Part shown: piece by piece, positions 20,002-29,515 of the stretch
Layout of the letters: every line of letters starts with the position of its first letter
Numbering within the stretch: position 1 is the first letter of the stretch
Assembly: GCA_965206845.1 (NCBI GenBank)
Contig: OZ242221.1
Location: forward strand, 1,312,001-1,376,000
Length of the DNA: 64,000 bases
Source of the DNA: Cenarchaeum sp.
Lineage (GTDB): Archaea > Thermoproteota > Nitrososphaeria > Nitrososphaerales > Nitrosopumilaceae
Direction of reading: 5' to 3'
Made by a program: the position numbers and the translations under genes
The notes under the pieces: model-generated
What the model was told of the DNA's origin: nothing
What the model saw: only the letters and a program-made list of their open reading frames with translations
Databases searched by the model: none

Positions 20002-21850
20002 GGGAGTTATATACAAAAGTTACCAGAACCCTTGCCTTTTTTTGGCGCTCTGGCGATCCCTCCCATGCTTGCCTCTCGCATGTTGTTCGCGGAGCGCGCG
20101 AGAGCAATCCCGCGCTGGAATCTCGCGCCTTGGGACGACGTTCCCCGCCGCTCTGCCGTCGCCTTGACGGCAATGTTGTACGCGACATTGATGTCCGCGT
20201 TGATGTCGTTCTTACACCTGTGGTTCGTGCAGTGAAACTCCCCCTGCGATATCCGGGAGTCCTTGTCCCTGCGGCTGCAGACGTGGCATGTTGTGCTGGT
20301 GCCTCTGGGGTCGACCGTTATGATCATCACGCCGGCGTTCGCGCATGCGCCCTCAATCCGCATTTGGAACGTCCTGGGACGCGAGTACGCCATCTCTCGG
20401 TTGAGGCCGGTCTTGGCCGAGCTGCCTTTGCCTTTGGCAGTCATGTTCTTGACTTTCAGATCCTCGATGACCACCGTGCCGGCGCCCTCCGCCACCTTCT
20501 TTGACGCGTGCCTCTCCCAGTTGGTCTGCCTGTTGGCGACCTTTTCCCTCTTCTTCTGGATTCTTCTTTGGAGCTCCTTGTAGCCTCTTGACTTTGGCTT
20601 CCTTGGCCTGTCGCGCCTGGCATTCCTGTTGATGCTGCTAGCATTGTCCTGCTTGCCGTTCGCGTTGCCATCGTGGCCGCCGCCCTTGCCGTTCTGCCTG
20701 ATGCGCCTGTTTCCGCTCCCGCCGCGCTTCCGCGAGAGCTCCGAGTACATCTTCGATATCTCATCACCCTTCGTCCTCCTGCAGCCGTCCGGAATGTCGT
20801 GGAACGTATGATGACCTGTATCCAAGTCGACCGTCGTTGCGCCGTGGACTATGCCCATGTCGACTCCCCTGATGACCGCATATTCTGATGGCTTGGGCGC
20901 CTTTATCCCGACCTGGATGTGGAGGCGGTACGTCCTGTGGCGGTCCTTTGTGAGTCTGGTTGTCTTCTTGGTCGTCTCCACCAGCTGGAATGAACGCATG
21001 TCAAGCCCATCCACGTCACCATGCACCTTCACGGTGCTTATGCCGGGAAGATGCAGCAGGCCGCCGCCCTTGGACACGGGACTCTGAAAACACAGAGAGC
21101 TTGCCTTCCGTCCTTCCTCCTGAGCAGGTCGCCCTTGTGGCTCCACCTATTCCTCTTGTTGCTCCACTTGTTAGGCGGCAGGTTTGCCGCAGTGCCGATG
21201 TCTGGAATTCCCTCCTTTTCCCTGTCGTGCCTGGCTAGGTTTTTCCACATTATTTTGTTGTAGCGCTTGGTGGCGTTTGACTCCATGAACCTTTTCACGG
21301 CGTCCAGCCCCTGCCGGAGGCCGGTCCTCTGCACCCTGCTGTCACAGGCCTGCCGGAGTCCGACCGCCTGAGCGTCGTCATCACGGACAAGCCATGTGTT
21401 CGCGTTCCTCCATTTGGTGAGCATGCCGTCAAGGTCAAATTTGGTTATTCTCGGGTCGCCCAGAACCTTCCGGACGGGCATGTTGTACGCCCACCTCTGC
21501 TGGTCCATGTGGCGCGATATCAGCTTTGACAGATCCCCGGACTGGTCAAAGTCCACTTTTATCGTGCGGACCATGATGCCCTTCCTTGCGCGCCTTGGCC
21601 CCTTTTTTGGCGCCGGCGCGGTTACGGTTGCCATGATGGGTTTCATTACCGCATGCAAATGTCAAATGTGTATAAAAACACCGCGACTATACCATGCAGA
21701 CCGTCCGCACCGGCATGGGCATCAATGCCATTATGCCTGCCCATGCGGTTCCCGCCGTCCAGATTGCCGCGCCGGTATCGCGCAAAGGCAGCGCGTGAAA
21801 AGGAGCGCCAAAAAAGGCAGGGGTTTTGGTTACTTTTGTATGTAATTCCC
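20002..21850 (-). mobile_element. TnpB-encoding element bounded by ~49-bp imperfect terminal inverted repeats, no TnpA
   Basis: 20002-20050 matches the reverse complement of 21803-21850 with 5 mismatches and 1 indel; flanks AGGCTATG / GGGTTATG. Confidence 0.8.
20007..21637 (-). pseudogene. tnpB: TnpB-family RNA-guided endonuclease, split by one frameshift near 21080
   Basis: N-part RWAYN (ORF 21038-21658); C-part RuvC GVDMG, VIEDL, NADIN and zinc finger TSTTCHVC...CTNHRC (ORF 20007-21146); start uncertain. Confidence 0.88.
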
Positions 21851-21853
21851 GGG

Positions 21854-22465
21854 TTATGCCTCAAGGAGTGTGATCTGCTGTTGCGCCGTCTGCACCAGCT
21901 TTACCTTCTCCAGCCCAACATGCCTCAGCCGGACCAGCTTCTTGCCTGCCGCCATTATGTCCGAGTTGATCTTGCCGTAGCATGTGGCCTGCACGAACTG
22001 CGCGATGGTCATCTCCGGCACGGACTTCTCTATGACCTCCTTGGCGATCAGCCTGAGGGCGCGCATTCTTGACGTGTTGAGCTGGCGGTGCGTCAGTACG
22101 AGCACCTTGATTCTAAAGGTATACTCGTCCTTTGTCCTGACGTCCATGATTAAGTTGATCCGGGACGAGCCGCGCCGCACTAGGCTGCGCAGGTACTCCT
22201 TGGCGTACTCGTATCGCTTGAAGATGCTTGTGGCCCGATCCCCGTCAATGTCGTCGATCTGAAAGTAAATCTTGTACTGGTTTTGGGAGGGATCCCCCTT
22301 TAGGATATCGTGCAGGGTTACCTCGATTACTCTGCCTTTGGCACCCTCCTCGCTGGTAACGGGAATGTATGCCACAAAGACGTTTCTGAACGAGTCGGGA
22401 GCGTATACGGTAATCCATTTCTTCTCCCGCCACTTGTCCTTCACTCGTGTCTTTCGGCGCGCCAA
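21854..22465 (-). CDS. rps3ae: 30S ribosomal protein S3Ae (eS1)
   Basis: KDKWREKKW and YLRSLVRRGSSRI motifs. Confidence 0.95.
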   Translation of the reverse strand: MARRKTRVKDKWREKKWITVYAPDSFRNVFVAYIPVTSEEGAKGRVIEVTLHDILKGDPSQNQYKIYFQIDDIDGDRATSIFKRYEYAKEYLRSLVRRGSSRINLIMDVRTKDEYTFRIKVLVLTHRQLNTSRMRALRLIAKEVIEKSVPEMTIAQFVQATCYGKINSDIMAAGKKLVRLRHVGLEKVKLVQTAQQQITLLEA

Positions 22466-22521
22466 TTACTCAAGACCTTCGAGCCCAAAATATAAGGGTA
22501 TGTTACAGGTGTGTGGGTCAG

Positions 22522-23784
22522 TCATATCTCGTCCTTTGGGATGTACCCCCGAAGCACCTTGGGAACCGATATGTGCCCGTCTGCTGTCTGCATGTTCTCC
22601 ATTATGGATACCATGACCCGGGATGTTGCGATCAGGGTGCCGTTGAGGGTGTGCAGGTATGACGTGTCCTCGTTGGTCTTGTCCCGGAACCTTATCTTGA
22701 GTCTTCTTGCCTGGAACTCGAGGCAGTTGGAGCACGAGACGATCTCCCGGAAGGCGCCCTGGCCTGCCATCCATGCCTCTATGTCATACGTCTTTGCCGA
22801 GACCTTGCCCATGTCACCGCTGGAGAGCAGCACCACCCTGTGGGGTATCCCAAGACTCTGGTAGAACTCCTCGGATGCGGCGATCATCCTCTCGTGCTCT
22901 TTCTCTGACTCCTCCGGTTTGGAGAAGACAAACTGCTCTATCTTCTCAAACTGGTGCACCCGGAAGATTCCCTTCTGATCCCTGCCGTGGGCGCCAGCCT
23001 CCTTCCTGAAACAGGGGCTGACTCCCGCGTACCTCAGGGGAAGGCTCCCGCCGTCTATGATCTCGTCTGAGTGCATGGCGGCCAGGGCGTGCTCTGATGT
23101 GCCTATGAGGTACAGGTCGTCATCTGCTATCTTGTATATCACGCCCTCAAAGTCCTCTGCAATGACGGCGCCCTCCATGGCATCCCTGTTTATCATGTAG
23201 GGCGGCTGCACCAGCACATAACCTCTTGCCGCAGCAAAGTCCAGCGCGTAGGATATCAGCGCCTGGTTCAGCCTTACCAGATCATTCTTCAGGTAGTAGA
23301 ACCTAGCGCCAGAAACCTTGGCTGCGCGCTCGAGATCCAGCAGATCCCGTTGCAGCGCAATATCTATGTGATCCCTGACATCGAACCCAAAGGTGGGGGC
23401 ATCTCCCCACCTCCGCATCTCCTTGTTTGCCGATCCATCGGGACCGCGGGGTACCGACGGGTCGATCACATTTGGAATTGCGCAGGCAAGCTCGGCGTAC
23501 CTCCGCTCTGTCTTGCGTTGTTTATCCTCAAACGCAGCGAGATCAGCAGAGATGGCTTTCATGTCCTCCAGCAGCGGGGCGGCATCTTGGCCTGCCCTCT
23601 TCATGCCGGCTATCGCCTTTCCGGTCTGGTTCCTCCTCTGGCGCAGCTCGTCTGTTTTTGCAATGAGGTGCCTCCGCTTCGCATCGGCCTCCCTCAGTCC
23701 GTCCAGATCAAAGCTTACGGCCCGATCCTGCAGCATCTTCCGTATCGTGTCGGGCCTCTCCCTGATTATCCTGGGATCCAGCAT
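22522..23784 (-). CDS. serS: seryl-tRNA synthetase
   Basis: MLDPRIIR, GTSEH, CFRKEAG, FRVHQFEKIE and EIVSCSNC motifs. Confidence 0.97.
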   Translation of the reverse strand: MLDPRIIRERPDTIRKMLQDRAVSFDLDGLREADAKRRHLIAKTDELRQRRNQTGKAIAGMKRAGQDAAPLLEDMKAISADLAAFEDKQRKTERRYAELACAIPNVIDPSVPRGPDGSANKEMRRWGDAPTFGFDVRDHIDIALQRDLLDLERAAKVSGARFYYLKNDLVRLNQALISYALDFAAARGYVLVQPPYMINRDAMEGAVIAEDFEGVIYKIADDDLYLIGTSEHALAAMHSDEIIDGGSLPLRYAGVSPCFRKEAGAHGRDQKGIFRVHQFEKIEQFVFSKPEESEKEHERMIAASEEFYQSLGIPHRVVLLSSGDMGKVSAKTYDIEAWMAGQGAFREIVSCSNCLEFQARRLKIRFRDKTNEDTSYLHTLNGTLIATSRVMVSIMENMQTADGHISVPKVLRGYIPKDEI

Positions 23785-23999
23785 TACGTCATCACCCTCA
23801 GGGATATGGTGATGTGCTCTAGCACCTCGTCTATGCTGGATATCAGCGCCCCCATGTTGCCCCGCGCCTCAAAGTCTACCACAAGCCTGTTATCGGTACT
23901 CTTGATGCTCAGAGTCAGGCCCGGCGGAAAATCCACATTGTCGGGAGCCAGCGCCATCCTGATGGTGTCGGCCTTTGCGTCCGATATCTCATTTATCAC
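23784..23999 (-). CDS. pcc1: KEOPS complex subunit Pcc1
   Basis: ALAPDN...LISSIDEVL pattern and position in the rps15-recJ-pcc1-serS-rps3ae cluster; start uncertain. Confidence 0.7.
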   Translation of the reverse strand: MINEISDAKADTIRMALAPDNVDFPPGLTLSIKSTDNRLVVDFEARGNMGALISSIDEVLEHITISLRVMT

Positions 24000-25410
24000 T
24001 ATCTGAACCCTGCAGTTTATCGATACTCCCCTCCAGAAAATCCAGAAACTTGTCCACGTTGTCCTTGCTTATGGTGGCGCCGGCCGCCGCATCGTGGCCT
24101 CCTCCGATCCCTGAAAACTTTGCCGCACCGGTGCGCATCAGCATGCTGAGGTTTACATCGGATCTGCAGCCAAAGGACTTGCGCGATGAGAACTTGATGC
24201 CACCGTCATCCCCATCAGCCCTGAGTATTACGATCTTGGTTGCGTACTTTGGCGAGCCTGCAAGAAGGGAACAGATGGTGCCGGTCATGGTCTCGGGGAC
24301 TATGCCCTCTGCATTTACCATCACGTACGCGCTGCCCTCTGCTATGCGCCACCTCTCGCCTGTCAGCACGTTCATGCAGTTTCTGATCTTTTTTCTGTAC
24401 TCGGCTAGTATGTTCTCTCCTTCCAGCGGCATCGTATTTCTGTCGCCCATGCAGATCGCCACCCCGACGCCGGATCTGCCGATGCGGCCACAGGAGTTCA
24501 GCATGGTAGCAAACTCCCGGCCGTCCCGGAGAAAGCTCCTCTGATCCTCCCTGGGAAACGTGTAGGTGTATCCTATGAGCTCATCCATTATATCCGTGGC
24601 ATTGCTGCCGGTGGTAAACTTTGCTATGGCCTCCGTGACGCCGATCTTCTCCTCTTTGGAGAGCTCCGCGGGAACCCGCCATCGGCTTCCTTCCTTGAGC
24701 CGCACCCCGGCAGTCTTTAGCAGCTTGATGCACATGTCCCGGTTCCACGTGAGGCCGTCGATGAAGGGCTGTGATGTAAACGCCAGAGCATCGGCCACCG
24801 GCTTTGTCTCCCGGCCCGCCAGAAGAAGGTCAAGATCAATCTCCACAAGCCCGCGATCCCGTGCCGTGCCGGCGATCTCGTGGTTCTTGCCCGTGAATGA
24901 CTTCTTCTCCCCCCGATCCTGCCGGTCGCCCAGCGCGGAGACCACTGCCATCGCGGAGAGATCCTCGTTTTTGTCATCCAGGTGCCTTGCAGCAAGATAC
25001 GCCATGCCTCCGGAGCAGATCTGGGTTCCACCGTCCATGCCGTACTTCCACGCGTTGATTACCCTGGGGTTGTCGTGCTCGTCCTCGGGAATCTGGTGGT
25101 GATCCAGAACAAACCAGTTCTCCCCCAGTATGCGATCGAGATCCTTGGCAAACCCCCCGCCTAGATCGGTTATGATGTGCATGTCCCTGTGGCTGCCTTG
25201 CATCTTGATGATCTGGCTTGGACTCATGTCCTTTGCGGTGCTGACGGTGCATTTTGCGTTGGATCTTATGAGCGCCTTTGCCATGATGGCGCCCGACGTC
25301 AATCCGTCGCAGTCGATGTGGGTAGTTACCAAGATGGACTTGTTTGACTTAATGCAGTCCAGTAGGGTATCGCGAAACAGGGACAGGGAGCCGTCAATGT
25401 TTTGACTCAT
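23989..25410 (-). CDS. RecJ-like DHH-family phosphoesterase
   Basis: HIDCDG, TDLGGG, LDHH and GGGHDAAAG motifs. Confidence 0.92.
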   Translation of the reverse strand: MSQNIDGSLSLFRDTLLDCIKSNKSILVTTHIDCDGLTSGAIMAKALIRSNAKCTVSTAKDMSPSQIIKMQGSHRDMHIITDLGGGFAKDLDRILGENWFVLDHHQIPEDEHDNPRVINAWKYGMDGGTQICSGGMAYLAARHLDDKNEDLSAMAVVSALGDRQDRGEKKSFTGKNHEIAGTARDRGLVEIDLDLLLAGRETKPVADALAFTSQPFIDGLTWNRDMCIKLLKTAGVRLKEGSRWRVPAELSKEEKIGVTEAIAKFTTGSNATDIMDELIGYTYTFPREDQRSFLRDGREFATMLNSCGRIGRSGVGVAICMGDRNTMPLEGENILAEYRKKIRNCMNVLTGERWRIAEGSAYVMVNAEGIVPETMTGTICSLLAGSPKYATKIVILRADGDDGGIKFSSRKSFGCRSDVNLSMLMRTGAAKFSGIGGGHDAAAGATISKDNVDKFLDFLEGSIDKLQGSDSDK

Positions 25411-25859
25411 CACTCGAGTTGCGCCACTACTGACTTATATTTCCAATTTTGAGGTATGCGCTCGATTCTCTTATAGTACACGGTCAGTCTGTGCACTTTG
25501 GCCTCCACCAGCTCCAGAGAGCGTACGTTTCTTCTGTCTCCCTTGTTTGCCCGAAGGTGCCTCTGCAGGCCCACTGCCTTCCTGACCATGCTCTCAAGAT
25601 CCTCCGGAAGATCTGGCGTCATGTCGTTCTCCTGTAGAATCTGTGAGATCTTCTTCTTTGTGACGGACTTGGCCAGGGGTATGGCGTGCTGGTCGCGGAG
25701 CTTTATTCCGATCTGGCTAGGCGTGAGGCCATCCTTTGCATACTTGACCACTAGTCCCTCTATCTGCTCTGTGCTGAGAGTTACCCATGACGGAACCGTG
25801 AGGGTAACAGGTCTTATGGAGTGCGATCTGCCATGCCTGTGACTGTGTAGCCTTCCCAT
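25410..25859 (-). CDS. rps15: 30S ribosomal protein S15 (uS15)
   Basis: MGRLHSHRHGRSHS and SQIGIKLRD motifs. Confidence 0.96.
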   Translation of the reverse strand: MGRLHSHRHGRSHSIRPVTLTVPSWVTLSTEQIEGLVVKYAKDGLTPSQIGIKLRDQHAIPLAKSVTKKKISQILQENDMTPDLPEDLESMVRKAVGLQRHLRANKGDRRNVRSLELVEAKVHRLTVYYKRIERIPQNWKYKSVVAQLE

Positions 25860-26127
25860 GCGGTATGTCAAATCTGAAACGAAATTAAACGTTGCTTTAT
25901 GATCCCCGGGTGTCGGTTTGCGGTTCCCGGTAACTACTTGAACGGCTCTCCTGTACTGCCAGAGCTCCCCACACGCCGCTGTGCCATGCCACGGATTCGG
26001 GCGCATCTGCAGAACCTAGGTGTAGTGCCGCTCCCTACGCCTGATCCGGCGCGGCGGGCAAATTCATGTCGACTGAAAAAATAAAGATTAAATACCTATG
26101 AGAAGATAGGGGTTTTAGGTAGATATA

Positions 26128-26457
26128 ATGACCAGTAAAATATTACTAGCAGGCATGTTGGCTGTCGTAGCCATGGGAAGCCTTGGTTTTATCGGCGTTG
26201 CCTACGCACAGTATCTGGGCAATGTGGGCGATGCGGGTGAAACAGGACAGCAGACACTGGAAGAGACTCTGGAGCTGGCACGCAGAAAGGTCGCCGCGGC
26301 AGAAGCTAATCCGGCAGCCGGTTCGGGAACCCCAATTCTTGACGCCAGTAGCATACTCGGTGCGTCAATCATATCAGGTGCAGTCTTTGGCGGCGTCGCA
26401 GGGGCCCTCTTCTTCAAATCAAAGTCCGGCAAATACGCTGCACAGGGCAGAGGCTAA
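26128..26457 (+). CDS. conserved AOA membrane protein, probable AMO accessory subunit AmoZ
   Basis: Signal peptide plus C-terminal TM helix; lies between rps15 and the amo cluster; AmoZ identity rests on recalled synteny. Confidence 0.6.
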   Translation: MTSKILLAGMLAVVAMGSLGFIGVAYAQYLGNVGDAGETGQQTLEETLELARRKVAAAEANPAAGSGTPILDASSILGASIISGAVFGGVAGALFFKSKSGKYAAQGRG

Positions 26458-26582
26458 AAAACCTCTTCTTTTCTATTTTATTTTATACCGTGACAATGTG
26501 TTGCGCGGCATGTTTTGACGTCACGCGGTTCCGAGTCATGCTGATCCCGGCACGGCTATCTGTTGTGATCCGTACCCCGAAC

Positions 26583-27596
26583 CTACCGTCCCGGCGGCAG
26601 GTCTGATGCTTGTGCATCTGCGCTTGTCCAGCGATCGAGGTTTGTGTCTTGGGGCCGGCTTGACTTTCTTGCGTTTCCGGACAGCCCGTCAATCTCCCTT
26701 ATCGTCGAGTAGGATGTCTTGATGAACCACGGCCAAGGCTGCCCGGATCCCTTCCAGGCGAGGAGCCACTTTGTTGTTCTCTCATCTGCCGGGCTTCCAG
26801 AGCCTATGGACAGACCGTTGATCTGAAACTCTGCGTTGATTCCTGCCATGATTCTGCCCCGTTCCGCCTTTGCGAGTGCCGCCGCCAGCTTGGCCTCAAG
26901 GAACCTGTCGTCGGCCCTGTTTGTGACTATGACTTCTGTTCCTGCCTCCTCCAAGCCGCGAAGGTAGCTCCTCAGGCCGTCTCCTATGTTATAGTCGTCA
27001 AGAACGATGCTTGTCCTGCCCGGGGAACCCTCGTGCGTCAGATGCGATATGATCCCTTTGTATGCTTCATCCATGAGCCTGTTTATGTTGTATTTGTCTA
27101 CGTCCTGCGGGGAAATCCTCTCTATGTAAAAGTCAAGTCCCCTGGATGCCAGCTGGCCGATCCGGGAGGATAGTGCATCCCAGTACTTTGACGTGTGGCG
27201 GGACTTTGTGTCTGTTGCCCCGACCATCTTTGCGATCTCTCTGTAGAGTTCCGACGGAAAGCACACCCCACACAGCACCTCATCGCCGGCAACCTCGCCC
27301 TTTCCGGTCTCATCGAGGCCTATCATGATCTCCCTGCCCGTCCTCTCAAACCCGGGTGTGCACAGTGCGGAGATCCTCTCCCTCAGCTCCAGCATCTGTC
27401 CGCCTGCCATCTGGTCGCTGTACAGGGTTCCGGTTTTGTACAGTGTGAAGATCGATCTGTCTATGCGCAGGCGCCAGATCTCGGCATCTGGCTTTAAGGT
27501 GCCGTCCTCGATCGCTCCGTATGATCTGATCAGATCCTTGATCTCGTCAGCGCGCCCGTCCAGTATGGTCCACTTCTGTCCACTCTGCGGCAACAT
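26583..27596 (-). CDS. type 2 ribonuclease H with N-terminal extension (RNase HIII-like)
   Basis: IGLDETGKGE, DTK, LDDY, AD...AAALAK motifs; N-terminal WRLRI...FTLYKTGTL domain. Confidence 0.75.
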   Translation of the reverse strand: MLPQSGQKWTILDGRADEIKDLIRSYGAIEDGTLKPDAEIWRLRIDRSIFTLYKTGTLYSDQMAGGQMLELRERISALCTPGFERTGREIMIGLDETGKGEVAGDEVLCGVCFPSELYREIAKMVGATDTKSRHTSKYWDALSSRIGQLASRGLDFYIERISPQDVDKYNINRLMDEAYKGIISHLTHEGSPGRTSIVLDDYNIGDGLRSYLRGLEEAGTEVIVTNRADDRFLEAKLAAALAKAERGRIMAGINAEFQINGLSIGSGSPADERTTKWLLAWKGSGQPWPWFIKTSYSTIREIDGLSGNARKSSRPQDTNLDRWTSADAQASDLPPGR

Positions 27597-27843
27597 GCTC
27601 TGGCAGAGCCAGCTCTATTTAAGCCGGGACTGCGGATGCCGGTACGGGGTTGCCTACCGCACGGGCAGGGATAAGACTCGGCCGAGCGTGCAGGCCGGCG
27701 CCTACCTGGTCCCGCCTGTGGGATCCTCCGGATGCCTCACGCCTGCCTGCATGTCCCTGTTGCATATCGGATGGCCTCGCGCATCCTGGACGAGGAGGGT
27801 TTACACTGGAGGATTTTTAAAAATAATGAAAAAGTAAAGGGTT

Positions 27844-28113
27844 TTACCAGTACTTGCCGTTGTCGGGAATTAGACCAATCCCCTCGCGCTCGAAGTGTCT
27901 GTCAAGCTCGTCAACCCATCTCTCGCGGTTGTCCTTGTAAGACCATCCGTGGACACGCAACCAGAATGCAATGATCCCCAAGAGGAACACTGTAAACATT
28001 ATGGTCCCGAAGATGTAGATCATGACGTCGAAGAACAGCGGATCGTAGTTTGGGCCCAGCTGCCCTGATATGACTGACAGGATGTTTAGGAGTATTTCCG
28101 ATATAGGAGCCAT
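27844..28113 (-). CDS. conserved AOA membrane protein, probable AMO accessory subunit AmoY
   Basis: 89 aa, one TM helix, lower-GC codon style like the amo genes, T-rich terminator; identity rests on recalled synteny. Confidence 0.6.
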   Translation of the reverse strand: MAPISEILLNILSVISGQLGPNYDPLFFDVMIYIFGTIMFTVFLLGIIAFWLRVHGWSYKDNRERWVDELDRHFEREGIGLIPDNGKYW

Positions 28114-28499
28114 AGTTATCAAAAAAGGGTATGTATGTTATATACATTTCCTTGATCCGGGCCGCACGGCGCCATACTTACTCCTTGCTCAGGCACGAAA
28201 ACATGCACTCGGAAATTCGCACTTCTGGCACGTGCAGCAGGTGACCTTGTACATTCTGGTGAATTCCTCTGTCTGGAAGCCGTACCACACGCACGGATCG
28301 CTGGTCTTCGTACGTAGCGGTTGCCACCGTTCGGGCATGCGCGTCTCAGATGTTCCCTGCTCCCGGTCTGGTGGGTAGCGGGCTGGCCGTGGGGCTCACG
28401 CGGCAGTCCCTGCCAGCCGGCCTGGGCGATCCAGGCAGGGCTGTGAGGCCAGCCGCCCCAACAGAAAGGGCTTTAAGGAATTTGGTGGCACACTAGAGT

Positions 28500-29024
28500 A
28501 TGTTCTGGCCCGGAATGGGGGATCCCACAAAACGAAGAAAGACCTTAAAGTTTCTGCTGATGACTGCCGTAATCGCAATATCCGTGGGGGCTGCCAGCAG
28601 CCTGATCCAGGGCCAGATCTTCAAGGACGATCCCCTCAAGGTGTGCATTAACGACAGGGATACGCCGTACAAGATCTCTGCGGTTCTGGAGCTCTACGTT
28701 GATGGTCAGCGGGCGGTCATTCCTGCAAATGTTGGAGCCGGAGAGAACGAGTGCCAGCGTTCCTTGTATACCACGACAGATGACGGGACCATATATGCCG
28801 AGTGGGAGAACCGGTACCCGTTTGAGATAGGTCACTTTCTCTGGATGTGGGAGTTTCCGCTAAGGGACATGGACGAGACCAAGTCTAGAGTTCTGCTGAA
28901 CGGGGAGGAGTCGCCCCAGTTCATCAACACGCCACTGATCGATGGGGCAACGTACCGGGCCGAGTTCACTACAAAGGCACACGACGAGACAAAGGACACG
29001 GACTTTCTGCCTCCAGAATCCTGA
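28500..29024 (+). CDS. conserved hypothetical membrane-anchored protein
   Basis: N-terminal TM helix and IPANVG motif. Confidence 0.75.
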   Translation: MFWPGMGDPTKRRKTLKFLLMTAVIAISVGAASSLIQGQIFKDDPLKVCINDRDTPYKISAVLELYVDGQRAVIPANVGAGENECQRSLYTTTDDGTIYAEWENRYPFEIGHFLWMWEFPLRDMDETKSRVLLNGEESPQFINTPLIDGATYRAEFTTKAHDETKDTDFLPPES

Positions 29025-29113
29025 TCCCGGCATGTCCTACAGGCACCTCCATCACCGTGATCAGAATACCTGCGTGTGCCTACATCCGGAGGCTACCTGA
29101 AAAAACCACCGGC

Positions 29114-29428
29114 TCAGTCGTCCATGATCTCAATGGTGTCGAACTGATCCTGCCTGTCTGCCAGAAAGTACGTGATCTCATCCGAATCTATCTCTACCCA
29201 CTCAGACTCGCCGCGGTACGGCAGGAGATCCTCCACGAATATGTCTCCGGGGCCTGTCAGCCTGACTATTGCCCTCGGCCTTGCGAGGATCATGCCAGGG
29301 GGCAGCTTGAGCACCTTGCCTCTTCTCTGGTTCTGGATGTTGATCGAGTACACCTCGTCTCCCAGCTGGATCTTTCCAAAGAAGTAGCTCTGGAAGATAT
29401 CGATCCTGTTTATCTTGAAACTGATCAT
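29114..29428 (-). CDS. conserved hypothetical protein downstream of amoB
   Basis: Clean 104-aa ORF. Confidence 0.7.
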   Translation of the reverse strand: MISFKINRIDIFQSYFFGKIQLGDEVYSINIQNQRRGKVLKLPPGMILARPRAIVRLTGPGDIFVEDLLPYRGESEWVEIDSDEITYFLADRQDQFDTIEIMDD

Positions 29429-29515
29429 GCCTGTACTGTGTCGTACTGAGAAAAAACATTGATGGGTATGGTGTCCAATGGACGACTTTAAGATAAAAGG
29501 AAAAGGTTTGGGAGG

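Noticed and set aside
20007-21637. Cas12f-type CRISPR effector or catalytically dead TldR
   Set aside because: No CRISPR array or cas1/cas2 nearby, and all three RuvC acidic residues are present.
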